9,436 bases of DNA, from assembly GCA_030141605.1 (NCBI GenBank), contig JAQGDQ010002196.1, positions 1 to 9,436 of the forward strand, written 5' to 3'. This document shows positions 1 to 9,436 of this stretch, one piece after another. The position numbers and the translations under genes are program-made. The first letter of the stretch is position 1; every line of letters starts with the position of its first letter. Source of the stretch: Tubiluchus corallicola (lineage: Eukaryota; Animalia; Priapulida). Under the pieces are notes generated by a model. It did no database searches and was not told the DNA's origin. It saw only the letters and a program-made list of their open reading frames with translations.

Positions 1-11
1 AGCAATCAGTA

Positions 12-145
12 ACACACACAAACACACGACACACACATACACACACAACGCACACATACACAAACACACGCACACACACACACATACACACACACACACA
101 CACAAACACACGCACACACACACAAACACACGCACACGCACACGC

Positions 146-184
<39 letters not shown>
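12..184. repeat. Imperfect (CA)n/(CACACG)n microsatellite
   Basis: CA dinucleotide run with CG/TA/AA interruptions, read directly. Confidence 0.95.
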
Positions 185-187
<3 letters not shown>

Positions 188-524
188 TGTAAGTACAACT
201 ACACAACAAGTGAACAAAATGAAAATTACTTATCAAGGGAGCAATTAATAAGTGAGCTGCTTGCAGCTGAGCTAGAAACAAGGACAAGAAAAGCCTAACT
301 GCAATACAGGCTGTTTTGTTAAGTGTTGGAGGTAGAATAAAAGAGGTGAACAATGAAAGGGATGACATGACCGTAAAATAATAGTGTAAGTAAGTAAGGT
401 GAGCAAAAGAGAAGAAAGAATCTAAAATTATAAAAGAAATACAAAGAAATGATGAGGCTATCATCAAGGATGAATCTGTTATGAACAGGGATGGACTGTG
501 AGTGGCATCCAACATTGGTACATG

Positions 525-1128
<604 letters not shown>

Positions 1129-1173
1129 ACTATTAGTGTGATAACTGAAATGGATGAATTTTACAATTCACAG

Positions 1174-1259
1174 GTTGTGTGGGCTGAGACTGACTCAGTT
1201 GGTTGTGGATTTGCACCCTGCGATGGATTCAATATGATTTCCTGCGTTTACTGTACAGC
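1174..1259 (+). CDS. Internal exon of a CAP/SCP (CRISP/GLIPR1/PI16-like) gene: VVWAETDSVGCGFAPCDGFNMISCVYCT(A)
   Basis: Acceptor cacag| (AG 1172-1173) and donor |gtgagt at 1260; 86 nt, phase 0 to phase 2. Encodes the second half of the CAP signature (HYTQ)VVWxxT, the VGCG motif and the CxY of the CxYxPxGN motif. Confidence 0.93.
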
Positions 1260-1607
1260 GTGAGTCGTTCTTTCTATCAGAGTTTATAATTGCAAGGCAA
1301 ACTTAGGTAGTCAGTTGGTAAATACTAAAAGACCAAAGCATGGCAAAAACTAACTAGGAAAGTTGTTCATTAAGATAATTATTAGTTCATTGATGTTCCA
1401 CAATCACAGCATAGTTAATATACGAATCTACCAGCAAAATAGAATCGAGATGAACGGTATATTGTTACATATAATATATCTAATATATCTAACGAAGTAT
1501 ATCTAATATCTAAAATACTAATAGTTAATATGAGCATAATTATGTTGATGAATTAAAGCCTTTAGTTATCATATACGAAATTAACTGTTATGTTAGAAAT
1601 TATTTAA

Positions 1608-2042
1608 CCCTTTCATACCCGTTGTATCCCGTGGGATACGAGAATATTTTCTGCCTTTAAATTAATTAAATTTTAAAACTGACAGTTATTTGATCTGTTA
1701 ATAGTTATTTTGATTTAAGCCAATAACAAGAGACTAAAATGGTGATAAAATGGCAAACTAGAAAATCTACATAGCATAAAAAACTGTGCAAGGTACAGTA
1801 CTTTAGAGATGACTTTGTACAGATCAGCATAGCATGCATACTAAATGTCTTAAATACTTTAAAAAATTATCAGCGGTTGCAAAATGAAGCACATTTTATG
1901 CTTCCATTGAATCCCAATGTATCCCGTGGGATACAGGCTATATTTAGCACGCGGACACAGGTAGAAAAAATAATTATTATGTGTAAACAAGACGGAGATA
2001 CTGAACAAAAGTACCAAGCCAAAAAAATTTCTTATGAAAGGG
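1608..2042. mobile_element. Non-autonomous piggyBac-type element (MITE), 435 bp
   Basis: TTAA at 1604-1607 and 2043-2046. Perfect terminal inverted repeats CCCTTTCATA (1608-1617) / TATGAAAGGG (2033-2042). Internal palindrome GTATCCC-GT-GGGATAC at 1624-1639 and 1919-1934. TTAA target site and CCC...GGG ends are piggyBac hallmarks. No recognisable transposase. Confidence 0.88.
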
Positions 2043-2257
2043 TTAATCATTCGAAATTACCTTACAAAAATACAAAGTTTGTAACGTAACAGCCTTATCA
2101 TTGAATTCAAATCTGCTACTCCATTTATCATAGGCAGTTCTGGAAAAGATATTAAGTCGAGGGTAGTCAATAGCCAAATCTAAATAGACCTGCTTAGACA
2201 ACTATAGTCAAGTGTCACACAAATTACAACAATCCAAAGTGAAGCAAAAATAATAAT

Positions 2258-3060
<803 letters not shown>

Positions 3061-3111
3061 AACCAAAACTTTTCTGTACAGACCTAACTTGTTTCAAATC
3101 ATTATTTGCAG

Positions 3112-3206
3112 TGGAAATGTACCTTCACGCAAATACACACCTTATAAAATAGGAGAAGCCTGTAGCTGTTGCCCTAGTGGAACAATGTGCATGGATGATC
3201 TATGTG
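3112..3206 (+). CDS. Internal exon of the CAP gene, domain end plus cysteine-rich hinge: (A)GNVPSRKYTPYKIGEACSCCPSGTMCMDDLC
   Basis: Acceptor tttgcag| (AG 3110-3111) and donor |gtaaga at 3207; 95 nt, phase 2 to phase 1. GC+T completes Ala with the previous exon. Matches the GN...PYxxGxxCxxCP...C...LC pattern of CRISP/GLIPR1 proteins. Not in the supplied ORF track. Confidence 0.93.
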
Positions 3207-3302
3207 GTAAGAGTTTCATTCTAGTACATTTGTAAACAATAAGCTTATATTACTGCAATTACAGCACACCATCAAAGGTGCTACTGGCATATGAGATTAT
3301 GT

Positions 3303-3407
3303 CTTAGAGTAACACGTTGCGAGGGGCGTATCCAGACTTAGAGTAACACGTTGCGAGGGGCGTATCCAGACTTAGAGTAACACATTGAGAGGGGCATATC
3401 CAGACTT
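3303..3407. repeat. Tandem repeat, 3 x 34 bp (CTTAGAGTAACACGTTGCGAGGGGCGTATCCAGA)
   Basis: Units at 3303, 3337 and 3371. The first two are identical and the third has 3 substitutions. No spacers. Confidence 0.95.
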
Positions 3408-3877
3408 TAGCCAGTTGCAACCTAAACCTTTGTAGCTCAGCGTCTCTAGCAAGATGGGAGATCTGTAGCGTGAGATCATCATTTTCATGCTGTAACCCTT
3501 CACAGTGGAAACGTTGTATATATATATATATACACTTGCATGAACAATAAAAGCTATTAATAAATGTAAAAATTTTGAAATGATTTTATGAAATTTGAGA
3601 AATAAAAATAACAGAAACTCTCCCTTGATTTCTTTTTCCATTAGTTTGTTTTTCCACAAACTTTTCAAACAGTTTGTTTTGCTTAAATTCAATCTCCTGC
3701 ATTACATACAATACGGTTCACAGGTGATTGCTTGTATTATTAAGATTGAGGACCTATTTATATAAGCGATACTCGATACTTCCCCTCGGCAGCATTCAGT
3801 CCGAGGTGGTCATTTTGGCAGTATCGTGTCAAAATATCCTGATTAGTAGCTTTAAGCAATCATTATGCAATTTACAG

Positions 3878-4128
3878 CACCAACAGAAGACCCCACAACA
3901 GAAGACCCAACAACAGAAGACCCCACAACAGAAGACCCAACAACAGAAGACCCAACAACAGAAGACCCAACAACAGAAGACCCAACAACAGAAGACCCAA
4001 CAACAGAAGACCCAACAACAGAAGACCCAACGACAGAAGACCCAACGACAGAAGACCCAACAACAGAAGATCCAACAACAGAAGAACCAACAACAGAAGA
4101 CCCACCAACAGAAGAACTACCAACAAAA
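3878..4128 (+). CDS. CAP gene exon encoding an acidic mucin-like stalk: (A)P-(TEDPT)13-TEEPT-TEDPP-TEELP-TK
   Basis: Acceptor tttacag| (AG 3876-3877); phase 1 matches the upstream donor (G+CA = Ala). All 5 substitutions among the first 13 units are synonymous in this frame. The 3' end is uncertain: donor gtacgg at 4129, donor gtatgt at 4150 (both phase 0), or read-through to TGA 4165-4167. Confidence 0.85.
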
Positions 4129-4300
4129 GTACGGCTAATATCCACAAAAGTATGTAATTTATTTTGATACCTAGTAATTAGCAATTTAGTAGAACCATTA
4201 ATTTTACTGTTTTTATTACTATTACTACAACTATTGAAACTACTATTACTACAGCTACTGCTATTACTACAAGTACTGTAGTAATTGTAGTACTGTAGTA

Positions 4301-4340
<40 letters not shown>

Positions 4341-4374
4341 ATTATTATTATTAATATTATTATTATTATTATTA

Positions 4375-4430
<56 letters not shown>

Positions 4431-4447
4431 ATTATTATTATTATTAC

Positions 4448-4529
<82 letters not shown>

Positions 4530-4590
4530 ATTACTACTACTATTATTATTATTATTAATATTACTACTACTATTATTATTATTATTATTA
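4301..4590. repeat. (ATT)n microsatellite, preceded by degenerate (TAC)n at about 4215-4300
   Basis: Trinucleotide run read directly. Confidence 0.97.
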
Positions 4591-4593
4591 CAG

Positions 4594-4710
4594 CATCTCC
4601 GGCGACTATCTTCCAGTAAAATAAGCAGGAGGAACCGGATACCAAGAGGGAAGAAATTTGGGGGTTCGAGTCATGCACGACTACGACGGTTGTTCTCAAT
4701 CTCAAAGTGA
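4594..4710 (+). CDS. Candidate terminal exon, basic tail HLRRLSSSKISRRNRIPRGKKFGGSSHARLRRLFSISK*
   Basis: ttacag| at 4588-4593; GC-richer island, open longest in phase 0, which matches the upstream donors. No proper polypyrimidine tract and no recognised homology. Confidence 0.25.
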   Translation, partial: HLRRLSSSKISRRNRIPRGKKFGGSSHARLRRLFSISK

Positions 4711-5162
4711 TTTTGGCGCACCGCTTGGTAAATCAAAGTATCATTGTTGAATACAATAATGTATACATACCAATTTCAGACTTTAAGAGGATAACAATTT
4801 GTTTTGGCTTGAGGTACCTCATCAGTAGTATCATCAATTACCTAGAGATGATATATACATATAATTAAGAAAATTCTTACCCATTTTTTCCAAGTCTTGC
4901 AGTATGATAAGAAACGAAAAAAACACGAGTACGTTAAAGTTATAATGCTCAGTCAAATGACAAATTATCATTTACTGCACCATTTCGTGTGACGACAGTT
5001 GCTAAAATATTTTTTAAAAGTCTGATGTGTGCGTGTGAGTTTATTGCATATACTCCCCAAAAATATTTTTTACCCACTTCTGCATAATGCTAATAAAATG
5101 TTATTAATTATTTTGTCATAATATTGTTATTAGAATTTCGAAAAGCATAAAAACTGAGTTAT

Positions 5163-5540
5163 GAGTGACGTAATAATGCCATTGTGTGACGTAGTAATGG
5201 CATTGAGTGACGTAGCAATGGTAATGAGCGACGTAATAATGGCATTGAGTGACGTAGTAAGGGCATGGAATGACGTAATAATGGCATTGAGTGACGTAGC
5301 AATGGTATAGAGTGATGTAGTAATGGTATTGAGTGACGTAATAATAGCAATGAGTGACGTAGTAATGGTATTGAGTGACGTAATAATAGCAATAAGTGAC
5401 GTAGTAATGGTATTGAGTGACGTAGTAATGACATTAAGTGACATAATAATGGCATTGAGTGACGCAATAATGGTATTGAGTGACCTAGCAATGGCATTGG
5501 GTGACGTAATAATGGCAATGAGTGACGTGGTAATGTGTGA
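5163..5540. repeat. Minisatellite, 18 x 21 bp, consensus GAGTGACGTARTAATGGYATT
   Basis: Strict 21-bp period with no indels; 13 of 18 units keep TGACGT. Confidence 0.95.
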
Positions 5541-5768
5541 TATACAACTGCTTGTAATCATGTTTATATATTTTTAATTTAGCTCTTAATGTTTTTGCAT
5601 AGTGAACTTTGTATAAATATTTGTATATAATTTCGTTTTTACATGTATATTAGTTTTGTTGTGTAGGCCTGTAATAATGACACTTTTGCTTTTTCTAAAC
5701 TGGTTACATACAAATTTTAATGTAATATAATTTTAATTTCACGTTTACTTTGTATGTAACATTTTAGC

Positions 5769-5774
5769 AATAAA
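5769..5774 (+). promoter_or_regulatory. Candidate polyadenylation signal AATAAA
   Basis: Ends a T-rich, TGTA-rich stretch (5583-5770) that resembles a 3' UTR. AATAAA is common by chance at this AT content. Confidence 0.3.
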
Positions 5775-6138
5775 GAATACCAATAACAGTAAGTAATTGT
5801 TAAAGTACGTCGTATTATTGTTAAACAGAGCAGTTACTACAATAGGAACGTATACTAATAATTATTGTAAAAAATGTTAATTGTTATACAAAGTACAGCA
5901 CACATCTCACAAGTTAAGTTATTTATCTTGTTTACTTAGATTATGTAGAATTGTTAAAATTATGTTAACAATTTGTTGGTATTTTTTAATATGTAAAGTA
6001 AAGAACAAGAATGACTTCATATTGTAAAATAAACAGTCATATTGGATTGCAAATTAACTTAGTCTACTGTATGTCTTGACTGAAGAAACTCTTAAGTTTC
6101 ACAAGCACAAAAAATCATTTCAAACGGTTAGATATAAA

Positions 6139-6176
6139 CAGACAGACAGGCAGACAGACAGACCAACAGACAGACA
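6139..6176. repeat. (CAGA)n microsatellite
   Basis: Imperfect tetranucleotide run. Confidence 0.9.
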
Positions 6177-6924
6177 TAATACTAATGGCAGTAAATGATT
6201 CATGATTTAAATTTAAGTATGACAATATCAATATCAAATTTAAAAAATACATAAGAAAAATAAAGTATGTAATCGATGGTACACAAAAATAGTAATTTAA
6301 CCAAATGTATCTACAGCAAACTGCACTATAATATCAAACTATAATAGAAATTATACTAAACGTCAAATTATCGATTATGTTTCTTGTACCTGGTCAAATA
6401 AATATAGGCATGTTATGCAATTTCGAGGAGAAAATGTTGAAATACAGAATATAAAATGTAAACCCTTGAATTTGCCGCTTGGAAATAATGAAAGGAAAAT
6501 AGAATCCATTGCCATGTCTTTTTAACTGGCCAGGGGAATTTTAACAGCTTTTTGTATAGACTTAATATGTGTGATACTAGTTTATGTCCATGTGGAGAAG
6601 AAGAGCAAACTCCTCGTTTTATTCATATGCAATAAAGTAGATAATGCAAAAAGAATGCGTTTCATAGAGATAGCTGATGCCAATTATACACGAAATATTC
6701 TGCTTCAATCTGATAAAAATTTAATAATGGCTTTTACTAACCTGATCAGAGATAATTTTATATTAAGTAATTATTAATTTAGGCCCGCTCGAGTATACAA
6801 AAATAAATTATGTAGGTGTATAAAGTTAATTTGTGTGTATAATACTTGTGAATCATTTGAAATTAAATCTAATTTAAGTACAAATTGTTATTCGTTGTAC
6901 ATAGTGTGAAACTGGAAATATTTA

Positions 6925-6933
<9 letters not shown>

Positions 6934-7011
<78 letters not shown>

Positions 7012-7039
7012 ATATATATATCTATATATATATATATAT
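6934..7039. repeat. Compound (TTA)n(CT)n(AT)n microsatellite
   Basis: Read directly. Confidence 0.95.
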
Positions 7040-7134
7040 CCCTCACTGTCTCTCCACCATCTTTTTCCCTTCTTTCTTTCTCTTTCTCTCCAATTATTTC
7101 CCTTTCTTCTTGTCTAATTTCTCTGCCACCGCAG

Positions 7135-7203
7135 GAACAAAGTATTTTGGAAGTCTGTAGCAAGCAAATTTGGATTTATTTGTACATAGTAATTTATAAT
7201 TAG
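7135..7203 (+). CDS. Candidate terminal exon of the CAP gene, EQSILEVCSKQIWIYLYIVIYN* in phase 0
   Basis: Strong acceptor context: polypyrimidine tract at about 7040-7125, branch-like CTAAT 7114-7118, cgcag| (AG 7133-7134). Reading frame and gene membership are inferred. Confidence 0.35.
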   Translation, partial: EQSILEVCSKQIWIYLYIVIYN

Positions 7204-7490
7204 TTAAATAATTATTGCTTTGCTGTCAAATCCCATGCCGAATGCATAAACATATTTATTTATTCATTTATGTTTATTTGAATGTATTTGATAACTGGCG
7301 TAATTTTGTCTTTTTAGTGTGGAGGAAACCAACTTTTTACAGATGGGAGATATGAAGTAAAGCAAAGTTTTATAGGGATCATGATAAACATGCATTATTA
7401 TGCAATCTATGACTGAGAAATGTTTCAATAGTACTGCAAACAAATTTGCTTGGAATTATGATAAAAGCGCTGCTTAGACGCTGGCAGGTG

Positions 7491-7504
7491 CTGCCATCTA
7501 GCTG
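7491..7504 (-). promoter_or_regulatory. CTCF-like motif
   Basis: Minus strand CAGCTAGATGGCAG matches the CCRSYAGRKGGCRS consensus at 13 of 14 positions, within a small GC-rich island. Confidence 0.4.
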
Positions 7505-7536
7505 CCTTACACCAAAATAACAAGGGAAGGAAACTG

Positions 7537-7696
<160 letters not shown>

Positions 7697-7932
7697 TACA
7701 AGAAAGTATAAAACACAAAATTATGATAAGATATATAAATACAGAACAGAATAAAGTTTTACAGAAACAAGAGGCTAGTCTAAAGATTACGGATCAAAGC
7801 ACTAAGAGTGCTTTAATAACATGAGATTTAGCGATTAGCAAATGATAAAAGGTTACTTATGTCTAAATCATCAGAAAGATCATTACAAATTACATCATCA
7901 AGATACGTGTGGTTATTTTTATTGTTTTCCTA

Positions 7933-7998
7933 ATTATAGATACATTATAGATAGATACATTATAGATAGAGATAAATTATAGATACATGAGATATAGA
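7933..7998. repeat. Short degenerate ATTATAGATA(C/G) tandem repeat
   Basis: ATTATAGATA recurs four times at 11-17 nt spacing. Confidence 0.7.
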
Positions 7999-8678
7999 CT
8001 GCCTCATAGACTCCTAATGCCGAAGTAAAAATTTGAAAATCTTAATACAATAACAAGAATAACAATTTTCAGCTCAATGGTAACGTCGCTTTCGACGATT
8101 CAAAATTAATTTCATCGAATGCTCGTCACATCTGTTGCAGACATTGGCCAGGCAGAATTTTAATACGCCATTAAAAAGAACTATGCCCTCAAGACTAGTA
8201 AACACGGTATGTAATCTACAACGCACTGCACGTTGCTATGTCAGTGGTTTGTCGATTCGAAATTCAACGTTGACTTACAATACGGGAAATCATTTTTACT
8301 TTCTTTCTTATTTTCCCATGCAGCATCAACAATAGTCAGACACCGCGCCCGGTGATACTTAAAGCACAAGAAAACTCTCCACTTACATAAAACTTAAAAA
8401 TCGTCATGAAATTTTATACCACTTATGTACTGCCTTTTTGCATGCAGTGCTTGCGTCGGCAGTAACGCTGTATAGAACTTGTAAATTTAAACATCCGCGA
8501 TGACCATTAGGTGCAGCCATTTTAATGGTAGGTCGTTTGAAACAAGTTTAGATAACATTACGTGAAGTTGCAAAAAAATAATCAGAACATTCGTAGTGCA
8601 CATGTTACTAACTAAGTAAAATTTTAAATTACTGCATCTTGTCAATAAGATAAAAAATAAGTTTTTGGTTAGTGAGTG

Positions 8679-9120
8679 GCGCACCCTGGAGGGCGAGTCA
8701 GCGACATTTTACCAATTGGCACGAACATTTTAAATTATTATTTCTAGTTACATAAGTCTTTCCAGCAAGTAAATGAAATGTTAAGTAATGTAGATTTGCA
8801 CGGAAAGTTTTCTTGGGACATAATTTGACATTTCCTTTTCCTCCCCCGATTTACGTATTTTAGTGACGTCATGTAATGGCGACTTCAGAACAGTACTGTG
8901 GGAGATTTAAAATGAAAACAAACAAAAAATTCCTTACAACGCGAATACGATATATGCATAAAAATGCTTTAAAGTGAAATAATTTTTAAGTCGATTTTTC
9001 TGAAACCTGTTTGAGGTGCTCCGTTTTCTTGTGCTTTAAATACAGACCGCTAAAAGTGACGTCATCAGTGGGCGTGGCATTTAGCTGACGTCACATAATC
9101 CCATTCTCTGGCTCATTCGC
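8679..9120. promoter_or_regulatory. Promoter-like region with three perfect CREs, GC/GT box, CCAAT palindrome and Inr-like element
   Basis: TGACGTCA at 8864-8871, 9057-9064 and 9086-9093; GGGCGTGGC at 9070-9078; CCAATTGG at 8712-8719; TCATTC at 9113-9118; visibly higher CpG density than the rest of the window. Confidence 0.5.
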
Positions 9121-9143
9121 CGGCTTGATCAATTACAAGTATA

Positions 9144-9436
9144 ATGAATTACCAAACCAGATTCAGGGAATTATTGCTTTCGGATTTTTGCGCCCGGCAT
9201 TTACTCCTGGGAGTTAACTTATCGACTGGCGCTGAAAGCACGGATGATGTATTCTGTTCGCGATTTCCCCCCACTTTAGTGGCGCACCGCCGCCGTCCCG
9301 TGAGCCATTGCTTTATGTGTGAATTACGTGCACTAGTACGCAATGAAGCGTTGCTCGGTTATAACAGCCATGAAGCGGGAAAGAGTGAAGCAGTATATCA
9401 TAGCTGCTCACAGATTATACGCTACACAGAGTTTTT
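9144..9436 (+). CDS. Unassigned open frame running off the window (MNYQTRFRELLLSDFCARHLLLGVNLSTGAESTDDVFCSRFPPTLVAHRRRP...)
   Basis: ATG at 9144 and 97 codons without a stop to the window end, just downstream of the CRE cluster. Possible phase-0 donor gtgagc at 9300. No family recognised. Confidence 0.2.
   Translation, partial: MNYQTRFRELLLSDFCARHLLLGVNLSTGAESTDDVFCSRFPPTLVAHRRRPVSHCFMCELRALVRNEALLGYNSHEAGKSEAVYHSCSQIIRYTEF

Noticed and set aside
1135-1173. Alternative acceptor at AG 1135-1136 adding VITEMDEFYNSQ
   Set aside because: It would replace the conserved GHYTQ expected before VVW and needs a different intron phase; the phase-0 acceptor at 1173 fits the family better.
1859-2089. 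Short ORFs overlapping the MITE as a transposase
   Set aside because: Only 63-70 aa, they cross the element boundary, and no piggyBac DDD motifs are recognisable.
3303-3407. 34-bp repeats as a CRISPR array
   Set aside because: Head-to-tail copies with no spacers, inside a eukaryotic intron, no cas genes.
3432-3450. TAGCTCAG as a tRNA/SINE A box
   Set aside because: No B box or cloverleaf downstream.
3728-4184. Alternative frames of the 15-bp repeat (QQKTQ, VGSSV, LLLGL)
   Set aside because: Splice phase and the silent substitution pattern both select the TEDPT frame.
4178-4590. Poly-Ile / poly-Leu membrane-like ORFs
   Set aside because: (ATT)n artefacts.
5130-5577. Heptad-repeat coiled-coil protein (ITSLNAI)n from the 21-bp minisatellite
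   Set aside because: Open in several frames on both strands, with no clear silent-site bias and no convincing splice or start context; not fully excluded without RNA data.

Overview
AT-rich, microsatellite-dense eukaryotic DNA, probably from an invertebrate animal (a lophotrochozoan such as a leech or cephalopod is only a guess from the repeat spectrum). The window holds the 3' half of a spliced + strand CAP-superfamily (SCP/CRISP/PR-1; GLIPR1/PI16-like) gene. Three phase-compatible exons (1174-1259, 3112-3206, 3878-4128/4149) encode VVWAETDSVGCGFAPCDGFNMISCVYCTAGNVPSRKYTPYKIGEACSCCPSGTMCMDDLC followed by 16 acidic TEDPT-type repeats. The 5' exons appear to lie upstream of the window and the terminal exon is ambiguous. 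The introns contain a TTAA-flanked piggyBac-type MITE, a duplicated (GA)n/(CT)n fold-back cassette on both sides of one exon, and a 34-bp tandem repeat. Further downstream are a 21-bp TGACGTA minisatellite, a CTCF-like motif, and a CpG-richer promoter-like region (three perfect CREs, a GC/GT box) followed by an unassigned ORF running off the window. Most long ORFs in the supplied track are simple-repeat artefacts. I found no clear new biological system; the best leads are the CAP protein architecture and the exon-bracketing inverted repeats.
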